This document shows, piece by piece, positions 7,799 through 16,608 of a stretch of 27,255 bases of DNA. Every line of letters starts with the position of its first letter. Position 1 is the first letter of the stretch. Origin of the DNA: a virus (lineage: Duplodnaviria > Caudoviricetes). The stretch covers positions 1-27,255 of IMG/VR virus record IMGVR_UViG_3300032330_001135. One strand, written 5' to 3'. The notes under the pieces were generated by a model. It ran no database searches. It saw nothing but the letters and a program-made list of their open reading frames with translations, and was not told where the DNA came from. A program made the position numbers and the translations under genes.

Positions 7799-9901
7799 AT
7801 GCCCTTACAAAAGATCGTCCTCAAGCCCGGAGTTAACCGGGAGAACACGCGCTACACCAATGAGAAAGGTTGGTATGAGTCCGACAAAGTTCGGTTTCGT
7901 CAAGGCACGCCTGAAAAAATTGGGGGCTGGCAACGCATATCGGCTAACACCTTTCTGGGGGTCTGCCGCTCACTGTGGAACTGGGTAACCCTTGGGTACC
8001 AAAATCTGCTGGGGGTAGGCACCAACTTAAAGTTCTACATTGAAAACGGCGGGTATTACAACGACATTACCCCCATAAGTGTAGCGCACACGCTGACTAA
8101 CCCGTTTACTACAAATGGCACAACCACCGTACTAGTGACCGATGCGTCAGGCGGCTTTAGCAACAACGGGTATGTCACGTTCTCTGGGGCTTCTGCAGTA
8201 GGTGGCCAAACCATTACTGGCGAGTACCAACTTACTTTGGTTAGTACTACAACGTACAACATCACAATATCCGCCGCTGCCACCGCTGCTACAGGCGGAG
8301 GTACCGTACGCGCCGTATATCAGATTGCCCCGGGGTCAGCCACGGTGGTTCCGCAAGTTGGATGGGGTGCAGGTGCGTGGAGCTCAGGTGTGTGGGGAAC
8401 CAGCGGGACATCGTCTGAATCCATCCGGCTATGGAACCAGAACAACTTTGGTCAAGACCTGTTGTACGGCTACCGTGGGGGCCCGCTGTACTACTGGAAC
8501 GCCTTAATTGGCTACACCGCGCCAACTGTGACCATATCCATCGCAGCCCCGGGGCTTGTAAGTACAACGCTTAACCTACCGGACCTAACCGCAATCACCT
8601 TGCAAACTACCGGTAACCTGCCTACAGGGCTTACAGCGGGCACCACGTACTACACGCGCTACGTGTCATTGACAACATTTAACCTATCAGCTACGCCCAC
8701 TGGGGCGTTGATTACCACCTCCGGTACGCAGTCTGGGACACACAGCATATCGCCTCGGGGAATAGCCCTCACGTCGTTAAGTGGCGCTAGCAGCGTACCG
8801 CTAAGCCAAAACTACTTCCTCGTATCAGATGCCAGCCGATTTGTTATCTGCTTTGGTACGAACGACTACGGTAGTACTACGTTTGATCCCATGCTAGTGC
8901 GCTGGTCAGATCAGGAAAGTGCCACTGAATGGGCTCCCTCGGCTACCAATCAGTCAGGTAGTATCCGGCTGTCACACGGGTCCGAGATTGTCTCCGCGCT
9001 GCAAAGCCGCCAAGAGATTTTGATCTGGACCGACTCGTCTATGTACTCCCTGCAGTACCTTGGGGCCCCTATCGTCTGGGGTTCTCAGCTGCAAGCGGAC
9101 AACGTGTCCATCATTGGGCCTAACGCTATGGCCATTGCATCGGGGGTTACCTACTGGATGGGGGTTGATAAGTTTTACAAGTACAAGGGTACCGTGGACA
9201 CGCTACGTTGCGACCTGCGTCAGTACATCTATGACGACATCAACCTTACCCAGTCCGATCAATTTTTTGCCAGCACCAATGAAGGCTTCAACGAGGTTTG
9301 GTTTTTTTATTGTTCAGCTGCGTCCTCAGCAATAGACCGATACGTGGTGTACAACTACGTTGAAAATAATGGTGACGGGGTTTGGTATTACGGCTCCATG
9401 GCGCGTACAGCATGGCTTGATACAGGCTTGCGAAACTACCCCATTGCGGCAACGTACATAAACAACCTTGTGAATCATGAATCGGGAGTGGACGATGGGT
9501 CTACGGCTAACCCTGTGGCCATCACTGCCACAATAACCAGTGCGCAGTTTGATATTGACGACGGAAACAACTTCGCGTTTGCGTGGCGCATGCTGCCTGA
9601 CTTGACGTTCCGGGGCTCTACTGACGGCACCACGCCTAGCCTGACCATGCAGCTACTGCCGTTGACCAACTCGGGTTCGGGCTATAACAACCCTAAATCC
9701 GTAGGCGGTATTACGTCGGACGCTATGCAGACGGTCGCAGCTACGCAGACCTACCCCATCGACCTTGATACGTACAACGGGCAGATTTACATTCGCATCC
9801 GGGGGCGTCAAATGGCCATGCGGATTACATCCAGTACCTTAGGTACCCAGTGGCAGCTAGGCAGCCCTCGACTTGACCTTCGCACTGATGGCCGGAGGTA
9901 G
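7799..9901 (+). CDS. Tail tube/nozzle or packaged-DNA stabilisation-like structural protein (700 aa)
   Basis: KPGVNRENTRY..W...KVRFRQG.PEKIGGW N-terminus, Trp-rich beta-propeller-like segments (VRWSDQE, EILIWTD, EVWFFY, RYVVYNY) and a C-terminal RIRGRQ...WQLG.PR.D...DGRR. Size and position before the ejection proteins match podovirus tail tubular B / P22 gp10-like proteins. Confidence 0.7.
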   Translation: MPLQKIVLKPGVNRENTRYTNEKGWYESDKVRFRQGTPEKIGGWQRISANTFLGVCRSLWNWVTLGYQNLLGVGTNLKFYIENGGYYNDITPISVAHTLTNPFTTNGTTTVLVTDASGGFSNNGYVTFSGASAVGGQTITGEYQLTLVSTTTYNITISAAATAATGGGTVRAVYQIAPGSATVVPQVGWGAGAWSSGVWGTSGTSSESIRLWNQNNFGQDLLYGYRGGPLYYWNALIGYTAPTVTISIAAPGLVSTTLNLPDLTAITLQTTGNLPTGLTAGTTYYTRYVSLTTFNLSATPTGALITTSGTQSGTHSISPRGIALTSLSGASSVPLSQNYFLVSDASRFVICFGTNDYGSTTFDPMLVRWSDQESATEWAPSATNQSGSIRLSHGSEIVSALQSRQEILIWTDSSMYSLQYLGAPIVWGSQLQADNVSIIGPNAMAIASGVTYWMGVDKFYKYKGTVDTLRCDLRQYIYDDINLTQSDQFFASTNEGFNEVWFFYCSAASSAIDRYVVYNYVENNGDGVWYYGSMARTAWLDTGLRNYPIAATYINNLVNHESGVDDGSTANPVAITATITSAQFDIDDGNNFAFAWRMLPDLTFRGSTDGTTPSLTMQLLPLTNSGSGYNNPKSVGGITSDAMQTVAATQTYPIDLDTYNGQIYIRIRGRQMAMRITSSTLGTQWQLGSPRLDLRTDGRR

Positions 9902-9903
9902 GC

Positions 9904-10203
9904 ATGACCCAAAAGAACGTAGTAGCTCCACGGCTACCCAATGCTCCAGACGAGTACGATGCTGGTGCAATGAACCGGCTAATGAACATCCTACGGATAT
10001 ACTTCAACCAGCTGGACAACGCGGGGCCGATCGCCGCTTCTACGCAGTTCAATGGCACTAGTATTGTTGCAGGGTTAAGCTTTGCGCCTAACCCGGGGTC
10101 AACAACCCCTAGCCTACCAACCCAAGCCGATGCGGCCAATCTCCGTGTTGGGGACATCTACTACGACACCACCGCTGGCAATGTGCTAAAAGTAAAAGTT
10201 TGA
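9904..10203 (+). CDS. Small virion-associated protein (99 aa)
   Basis: GGAGG upstream. The APRLP.AP.EYD...LR.YFNQLD helix followed by L.VGD.Y.D...LKV resembles the small gene that follows the nozzle-like gene in this type of phage. Confidence 0.75.
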   Translation: MTQKNVVAPRLPNAPDEYDAGAMNRLMNILRIYFNQLDNAGPIAASTQFNGTSIVAGLSFAPNPGSTTPSLPTQADAANLRVGDIYYDTTAGNVLKVKV

Positions 10204-10204
10204 C

Positions 10205-12670
10205 ATGAACATCCTCAACGAAAAACGCAAGGTACTTGGGTACCGCTTACACATGCCCGATGGATTTGGTGGTGGGGGGGAAGGTGCTGGCGGCGGTAGC
10301 CAAGGTATGGGCGGGCTTGGTAGCGGCAGTGGGGGTAATAGTAGCAATAGTTGGGGGTCAATAAACAAAGCCGTTGGTACTGGCGATACTGACGGCTTAG
10401 ATTCCTCTGCGGGGACTTCGGTTAATGTAAACGCATCGCCTGCTCCTGATGCGCCTGCTCCTGCTGCGCCTGCTCCTGCTGCGCCTGACCTATCTACTGC
10501 CTTAGCTGACTTTCAAAGTTTAATGAGCTCCATAGATTGGAGTAAGTTTAATTTTGTAGGTTTTACTTCTTCCCTTGGTGATTTTGGGTTAGCTCCACCT
10601 CCACCTCCACCTCCACCTCCACCTCCACCTCCACCAGCAGTGGAGACCACTCCGCCACCTCCACCTCCGCCACCTCCGCCTCCGCCTCCGGTAGTGGAGC
10701 CCCCTCCACCTCCACCTCCACCTCCACCTCCACCAGTAGTGGAGACCCCTCCGCCTCCGCCACCTCCACCAGTAGTGGAGACCCCTCCGCCACCTCCGCC
10801 TCCGGCAGTTACTCCCACGCCGGACATCATTAGCGATTTAGAAAACGCTGGGCTTACTGAAGGAGAAGATACGTCTCTTTCGCCACCAGTAGTGGAGACC
10901 CCTCCGCCACCGGCGATTACTCCCACGCCAGACATCATTAGCGATTTAGAAAACGCTGGGCTTACTGAAGGAGAGGACACGTCTCTTTCGCCTACGGACA
11001 CTACACCCGTTACGCCACCTCCACCGGTAGTGGAGACCCCTCCGCCTCCGCCACCTCCACCAGTAGTGGAGACCCCTCCGCCACCAGTAGTAGAGGCCCC
11101 TCCGCCTCCTACCTTGGAAAAACCGGGCGAAGACCCCCTGTCGGTAGCGGTAAAGGACGCTTATAAAGCGATGACGCCGGAGCAAATGCGGGAGTTTGCT
11201 GCCACGCTAAGCTTGCCAAGTACGTACAACTTTAACGACCCCACCAGTTTTGCTGATACGTTTGCACGGTTACTGTATGTAGCACCTAAGAGTACGGCAT
11301 ACAACTGGGGCCTCCGCACTCCGGGGGTTACCACTGCTGAAACTGATGCAGAACGAGATGTTCGCATGGGGCTAGTAAGCAATGCGCTGGGTTCACTAGC
11401 TGAAGCGGCAATAACCGCGAATCCCGTTGGAGCCACCGTGGTGTCTTTGGCTAAATTAGCAACAGGGCAAACAACGCCCGGGCAGTTTGCTACAGATATG
11501 GCCTATTCCGCAGTGGCTAAACAGCTAGGAATCCCTAAAGCAGCGGTACAGGGGGCCATTGCAGGAGACCTAGGCGCAGTTACACAAAGTTTTGCTATAA
11601 ACGCCCTTAATAAAGAATTGGCAAAAGATACCGGATTATCTAAAGGGGTAATAGCGTTTGCTGGTTCTGTAACCGGGGTTACAAAGGACGTTGGTGATAG
11701 TATAAGCAGTTCAGTCAATAAGGTGACCGGTGACACGTCCACTGGAATAACTCGTGGTTCTATTGCTAGTTCCATAGATAATGCTTTGGGACTAACCCCA
11801 AGCTACCAAAACGATCTGTACGGGACCAATGACGACTTTACTCGGGATGATACCTCTATAACCCCGACGCCCATCACGCCCACACCCATTACACCCACGC
11901 CCATTACGCCCACACCCATTACGCCCACACCCATTACGCCTACGGACACCACACCTGCAGATGATTCAAACGAGCCTGAGCCCGGGTTTGAGAATGTCAC
12001 ACCTGTCACGCCCACACCCGTCACGCCCACACCCGTAACGCCCACACCCCTCACGCCTACGGACACCACACCTGCAGATGATTCAAACGAGCCTGAGCCC
12101 GGGTTTGAGAATGTCACACCCGTCACGCCCACACCCCTCACGCCTACGGACACCACACCTGTAGATGATTCAAATGAGCCTGAGCCCGGGTTTGAGAATG
12201 TCACGCCCATTACGCCCACGCCCATTACGCCGACGCCCGTAACGCCCACACCTGCGGAAGACGATGATCTGTCGGCCTATCCGCCGCCCACAATACCAAT
12301 AACGCCCACACCCGTCACGCCCACACCCGTCACGCCCACACCCGTCACGCCTACACCCGTCACGCCCACACCTACGCCCACACCTACGCCCACACCTACG
12401 CCCACACCTACGCCCACACCTACGCCCACACCTACACCTACACCTACACCTACACCTTCGGGAACCCGGTCTACGGCTAGTTCTGGAACATCTACAAGTG
12501 CCCCTTACGTGGACAAACGGGTAAAAGAAGGTACTGGGTTTGACGTGTCGGCGGAGTTCGACCCGCTTTGGTTTGCAAAGGCTCGTAAAGCTGCAACGGG
12601 GGGATACTTGGACAACTTAATGGCAACGCCTACGTCGTTTGAAGAATTGCTAAAAATACTGAGGAACTAA
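10205..12670 (+). CDS. Pro/Thr-rich putative internal virion/ejection protein A (821 aa)
   Basis: The ORF tiles the operon with 1-nt gaps on both sides. Layout: Gly-rich N-terminus, poly-Pro tract, Ala/Gly-rich helical core, TP repeats, C-terminal module shared with the next gene. Function is inferred from position. Confidence 0.75.
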   Translation: MNILNEKRKVLGYRLHMPDGFGGGGEGAGGGSQGMGGLGSGSGGNSSNSWGSINKAVGTGDTDGLDSSAGTSVNVNASPAPDAPAPAAPAPAAPDLSTALADFQSLMSSIDWSKFNFVGFTSSLGDFGLAPPPPPPPPPPPPPPAVETTPPPPPPPPPPPPPVVEPPPPPPPPPPPPVVETPPPPPPPPVVETPPPPPPPAVTPTPDIISDLENAGLTEGEDTSLSPPVVETPPPPAITPTPDIISDLENAGLTEGEDTSLSPTDTTPVTPPPPVVETPPPPPPPPVVETPPPPVVEAPPPPTLEKPGEDPLSVAVKDAYKAMTPEQMREFAATLSLPSTYNFNDPTSFADTFARLLYVAPKSTAYNWGLRTPGVTTAETDAERDVRMGLVSNALGSLAEAAITANPVGATVVSLAKLATGQTTPGQFATDMAYSAVAKQLGIPKAAVQGAIAGDLGAVTQSFAINALNKELAKDTGLSKGVIAFAGSVTGVTKDVGDSISSSVNKVTGDTSTGITRGSIASSIDNALGLTPSYQNDLYGTNDDFTRDDTSITPTPITPTPITPTPITPTPITPTPITPTDTTPADDSNEPEPGFENVTPVTPTPVTPTPVTPTPLTPTDTTPADDSNEPEPGFENVTPVTPTPLTPTDTTPVDDSNEPEPGFENVTPITPTPITPTPVTPTPAEDDDLSAYPPPTIPITPTPVTPTPVTPTPVTPTPVTPTPTPTPTPTPTPTPTPTPTPTPTPTPTPTPSGTRSTASSGTSTSAPYVDKRVKEGTGFDVSAEFDPLWFAKARKAATGGYLDNLMATPTSFEELLKILRN
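10595..11109 (+). repeat. Poly-proline (CCACCT/CCGCCT)n microsatellite with VVETPPPP units and a duplicated 74-nt block
   Basis: 14 consecutive Pro codons at 10595-10636. Near-identical blocks at 10811-10884 and 10919-10992 encode TPTPDIISDLENAGLTEGEDTSLSP. Confidence 0.95.
11858..12456 (+). repeat. Nested tandem repeats: 15-nt (I/V)TPTP units, three DTTP(A/V)[15 protein letters not shown] blocks, (TP)n hexamers
   Basis: The blocks start at about 11944, 12061 and 12148; an ACGCCCACACCT run covers 12362-12456. Confidence 0.95.
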
Positions 12671-12671
12671 C

Positions 12672-14585
12672 ATGGGTGCTGCATATCTTGACGAGAACGG
12701 TGAGTACCACTTTGAAACGGCTGATGAACCTTATGATGGGCTTGCGGCTTTTGTAAATTCTGGTGGCATCTATAGCCTAGAAAATCAAACCGCCGAAGCC
12801 CAAGCCCAAGCGCAGAAGCAGTCCACCGCCGCTGCCGCACTCCCATGGTGGCAACAGGAAGGCGGCAAGAGCCCCAACGGTTACAAAAAACCTGCGGGGT
12901 GGGACTATGTATACCCCACGCATACCCGCAGCACCCGTGGAGGCGAAGCCGTAGTTGAAGAGACAGATAAAGCCCCGATTGGGTACCGGTTTGACAATGG
13001 CCAAAGCCAGTACGTACACGTTGACCTTAACGGTAAAATCACTGGGATAGAAAATCGGGGGAAGGGCGGACTTGCTGGCGCAATCGAATCCTTCTCCCAG
13101 ATGGCGTCGAGCCCCGCAGGGCAAATAGTGCTGATGGCGCTTACCGCTGGCGCAGGAGGCGCCGCTGGTATTGGAAACGCTCTCGCCGAAACGGCAGGCG
13201 TCTCTTTGACCGCCGGTGAGGCCGCGTTTTTGGGCAACACGGCCCTTAACACCCTCGCCAATGGGGGTGACCTTGGGAAAGGGTTGACCAGCGCGGCCAC
13301 CATTTCTGCGTTGAACTTAGCCGGACAGAATATTAGCCCCACTATCGCATCTGGTGTAAATGAGATACCCGGCCTTAGCGACAGCGCAAAAACCGCTCTT
13401 ACAGGGGGTTTGACCAATGCCTCGCTTGAGATTGCCCAAGGCAAAGACCCTACTAATGCAGTAACAAACGCTTTAGTAAAAACTATGGGAAACGAAATAG
13501 CCGGAGACACCGGGCTACCCCCAGAAGTGCAAAAAGTTGGTACTGCAATTCTCACAGCGGGACTGACAGGCCAAGATACAACCAAAGCCGCATTTAACGC
13601 AGTTAAAAGCCTTACACCCACGCCTGAGCCAACACCCACGCCTGAGCCAACACCCACGCCCGAGCCGGACGTTATTACTGATCTGCAGAATGCAGGGCTT
13701 GAAGAAGTTACACCCGAGCCCGGGTTTGAGAATGTCACACCTGCAGACGGCACCGATGCACTTCCTATGGTGGCCGCGTTTTCTTTGTTTGATAGTGAGG
13801 ATGACTGGTGGCCCCCGCCAGAAGACGTTATACCCACACCCGAGCCCACACCCGAGCCTACACCTGCGCCTCCTCCACCTGCGCCCGAGCCAACACCCAC
13901 GCCCGAGCCTACACCCACGCCCGAGCCAACACCCACGCCTGAGCCAACGCCTGAGCCAACGCCCACGCCTGAGCCAACGCCCGAGCCCACACCGGACGTT
14001 ATTACCGATCTGCAGAATGCGGGGCTTGAAGAAGATGCGCCTGAGCCCGGGTTTGAGGAATACACGCCTCCTCCGCCTATAACGCCCACACCGGATGATG
14101 AGGAAGAGGTTGCGTTAAATCCAGTAACCATAATAGGCCACCCAGAAGTGCCGGACTATACCGACGATCTGTACGGGACCGATGATGGCTTTGTGCGCGA
14201 TGACCTTTCTATTAACGATACGGTTACTGGTGGCGGTGGTGGCGGTACCCCTAGACCCACGCCCACGCCCACACCCACACCGGCCCCTAGACCCACGCCC
14301 ACACCGGCCCCTAGACCCACGCCCACGCCCACGCCCACGCCCACGCCCACGCCAACTCCTACGCCCAGCGCTGCGTTAACCCCAGCGGAGATTGCAGACG
14401 CGTATATAAACAAGTTGGTAACGGAAGGCACTGGGTTTGATGTGGCAGCAGATTTTGATCCGCTTTGGTTTTCCAACTACCGTAAGAAAGCAAAAGCACC
14501 TAAAATTGCCTCAGGTGGATACTTGAACGACTTGATGGCGGATTCCACGTCGTTTGACGATTTACTACGAACACTAAGGAGCTGA
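12672..14585 (+). CDS. Pro/Thr/Glu-rich putative internal virion/ejection protein B (637 aa), partial paralog of A
   Basis: GAGG upstream and 1-nt gaps on both sides. It has a hydrophobic Gly/Ala-rich helical core, PTPE repeats and a C-terminal module homologous to protein A. Confidence 0.75.
   Translation: MGAAYLDENGEYHFETADEPYDGLAAFVNSGGIYSLENQTAEAQAQAQKQSTAAAALPWWQQEGGKSPNGYKKPAGWDYVYPTHTRSTRGGEAVVEETDKAPIGYRFDNGQSQYVHVDLNGKITGIENRGKGGLAGAIESFSQMASSPAGQIVLMALTAGAGGAAGIGNALAETAGVSLTAGEAAFLGNTALNTLANGGDLGKGLTSAATISALNLAGQNISPTIASGVNEIPGLSDSAKTALTGGLTNASLEIAQGKDPTNAVTNALVKTMGNEIAGDTGLPPEVQKVGTAILTAGLTGQDTTKAAFNAVKSLTPTPEPTPTPEPTPTPEPDVITDLQNAGLEEVTPEPGFENVTPADGTDALPMVAAFSLFDSEDDWWPPPEDVIPTPEPTPEPTPAPPPPAPEPTPTPEPTPTPEPTPTPEPTPEPTPTPEPTPEPTPDVITDLQNAGLEEDAPEPGFEEYTPPPPITPTPDDEEEVALNPVTIIGHPEVPDYTDDLYGTDDGFVRDDLSINDTVTGGGGGGTPRPTPTPTPTPAPRPTPTPAPRPTPTPTPTPTPTPTPTPSAALTPAEIADAYINKLVTEGTGFDVAADFDPLWFSNYRKKAKAPKIASGGYLNDLMADSTSFDDLLRTLRS
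13614..14367 (+). repeat. [10 protein letters not shown] 12-18-nt tandem repeats, two [20 protein letters not shown] blocks, (PT)n/PAPRPT repeats
   Basis: GGACGTTATTAC(T/C)GATCTGCAGAATGC(A/G)GGGCTTGAAGAAG occurs near 13667 and 13994; a CCCACG run covers 14256-14367. Confidence 0.95.
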
Positions 14586-14586
14586 T

Positions 14587-16599
14587 ATGGCTGACACATG
14601 GGACGAACTCGACACCGGCGATTGGTACGACACGACTACGGATACCACGGTCAATGTAGACCCCACCAACTACTTTGAGACCCAGCCTACCGAAGATGAG
14701 CAAGCGCAGATCGACGCTGCAGATGCGTGGGCTAGCGGAGACACAGCGGAGTACTACGGAAGTGTGGGTCGTGCCAGTACGCAGTCTACCGTAGACGCTG
14801 ACGGAAACAAAACCTACACCTACTCTGATGGCAGCACGATCGTCAAAGACAAAGACGGCAACGTCACATCCGTAAACGGAACCGAGACATCTAAAAGCTG
14901 GGCGGATTTGCTGCAGTCCATCCCCGCCAAAGCGGGTGAAGCGCTTAAGAAGATGATCGTCAAGCCCGATGGGTCTTTGAACTTTGCCAATATCGGTACA
15001 GCCTTAGCTGGTATCTCTATGCTAGGGAGCAGCTCCACGCCTAATCAAGCAGGCTACAACATCCCAATTCCTGAGCTGGCCATGGTGCGCCAACAGGTGA
15101 TGCCTAACGACCCCAACCGTCGTCCGGGTTCGGGCGGGTTGGACTACTTTACCGACCCCAAGTACGCCAAACTAGGCGACACTACCGCTCTAGCGGCAGC
15201 GGGGGCTGCGGACACCACACAGGCTACGGGTATAGCAGATGCCTACACACCAACAAGAAAAAAAGACACCCTTAACCCGTGGGCAGATAAAACGGCGGTG
15301 GCGCTTAAAGGACTTAAAACCGCAGCAGTTAACCCTATGGCACCAGCACCTGCAAGAACAACCGACACTACCACTGCGCAAGCCGCACTTCCCGTACCTC
15401 AGGCTACATTGCCTGCATGGGCTAAACCCAAAACCATGGCTGAAGGCGGACTCGCATCCTTTGCGCACGGGGGGAACAACTACCTGCGGGGGTCCACAGA
15501 CGGCATGGCTGATAAACTTGACACCACCATTGACAATAAGCAAGCAGCTAAGCTAAGCCACGGCGAGTTTGTAATCCCTGCAGACGTTGTATCTCATCTT
15601 GGCAACGGCAACTCCGATGCGGGTGCACAACGCCTGTACGACATGATGGCCAAGATTCGCAAAGCCCGTACCGGCAACCCCGAGCAAGGCAAGCGCATCA
15701 ACCCCGACAAGTTCATGCCCGGTGGCAGTGTAGGCTACTCAGGTGGTGGCGCGATTGCGTTTGATGCTGGCGGTACAACTACCACTACTACCCCTGCGTC
15801 TACCTCAACTACCGACGTCTTGTCCGAGTGGGCGGGTCCATCGGTGTCTGGCATGTTGTCCAAAGGTATTGCGGCGTCTAACGCGCCCTACCAAGCGTAC
15901 AAAGGGCCTTTGACTGCGGGGCCATCTGACCTACAAAACCAAGCGTTTGCGGGTGCCAGCGATCTGGCTAGTACAGGGTACACCCCCACAAACTTCACTA
16001 CGGGTACATTTGATACGACCGCAGCCAACAAGTACATGAACCCGTACATAAACGCTGCGCTTGACCCTCAGCTGAAGGAGCTGCAACGGCAAGCCAAAAT
16101 TAACAACATGGCTGATGCGTCTAAACTGACTCAAGGCGGAGCTTACGGCGGTACTCGACAGGCCGTCCTCATGGGTGAGCAAAACCGTAACCTGCTGGAC
16201 AAGTCGCAAGACCTTATTGGTACAGGCTACAACACTGCCTACAACAAGGCCATGGACCAGTTCAATGCTGAGCAAAGCCGGGGCATGGAGGCCCAAAAAG
16301 CTGGCGAGCAGTCGCGTCAATACGGCGCAGACTACGGCATGAAGTCGGTAAAAGACCTTGCGGATTTAGGTGCAGTTCAACGGGGCATCACCGGAGAAGG
16401 TATTACTGCGGACAAGAAGCAGTTTGAGGAGCAGCGGGACAACCCCCTGAAGATGGCGCAGTACCAGAAGGAGTTGTTTACTGGCTTGCCGATTACGACG
16501 CAAAACAAGAATATCAACACCTCAGACATAGCGAACTTCTTTGGGAATGTAAACAACTTAAGAAGTCTAAAAGACGCCCTTACAGCTCTTGGTCAATAA
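14587..16599 (+). CDS. Putative DNA ejection/transfer protein C (670 aa)
   Basis: AAGGAG upstream. It has a central G..DG..D.......LSHGEFVIPADVV domain and a C-terminal helical Gln/Ala-rich region with YMNPY and GAYGGTR motifs typical of podovirus DNA-transfer (pilot-like) proteins. Confidence 0.75.
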   Translation: MADTWDELDTGDWYDTTTDTTVNVDPTNYFETQPTEDEQAQIDAADAWASGDTAEYYGSVGRASTQSTVDADGNKTYTYSDGSTIVKDKDGNVTSVNGTETSKSWADLLQSIPAKAGEALKKMIVKPDGSLNFANIGTALAGISMLGSSSTPNQAGYNIPIPELAMVRQQVMPNDPNRRPGSGGLDYFTDPKYAKLGDTTALAAAGAADTTQATGIADAYTPTRKKDTLNPWADKTAVALKGLKTAAVNPMAPAPARTTDTTTAQAALPVPQATLPAWAKPKTMAEGGLASFAHGGNNYLRGSTDGMADKLDTTIDNKQAAKLSHGEFVIPADVVSHLGNGNSDAGAQRLYDMMAKIRKARTGNPEQGKRINPDKFMPGGSVGYSGGGAIAFDAGGTTTTTTPASTSTTDVLSEWAGPSVSGMLSKGIAASNAPYQAYKGPLTAGPSDLQNQAFAGASDLASTGYTPTNFTTGTFDTTAANKYMNPYINAALDPQLKELQRQAKINNMADASKLTQGGAYGGTRQAVLMGEQNRNLLDKSQDLIGTGYNTAYNKAMDQFNAEQSRGMEAQKAGEQSRQYGADYGMKSVKDLADLGAVQRGITGEGITADKKQFEEQRDNPLKMAQYQKELFTGLPITTQNKNINTSDIANFFGNVNNLRSLKDALTALGQ

Positions 16600-16608
16600 G
16601 GAACTACC

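Noticed and set aside
10595-10810. Eukaryotic extensin/formin-like origin or contamination for the poly-Pro region
   Set aside because: The ORF is embedded with 1-nt gaps in a phage operon and shares cassettes with the neighbouring gene; the similarity is low-complexity only.
11944-12210. Regularly spaced direct repeats resembling a CRISPR array
   Set aside because: The repeats are about 60 nt, in frame and protein-coding, and the spacers are themselves TP repeats; no cas genes are present.
12905-14131. 408-aa antisense ORF (also 10513-11001, 11803-12249 and 14156-14476)
   Set aside because: These are Gly/Val-rich mirrors of the Pro/Thr codon repeats on the coding strand; the lack of stops is explained by repeat composition.
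13690-14379. Arg/Pro/His-rich alternative-frame ORFs (13690-14082, 14182-14379)
   Set aside because: They are frame-shifted readings of PTPE/PT repeats and have no RBS.
10205-14585. Possible diversity-generating retroelement template/variable repeat pair
   Set aside because: No reverse transcriptase is in the window, and differences between copies are mostly synonymous rather than adenine-specific.
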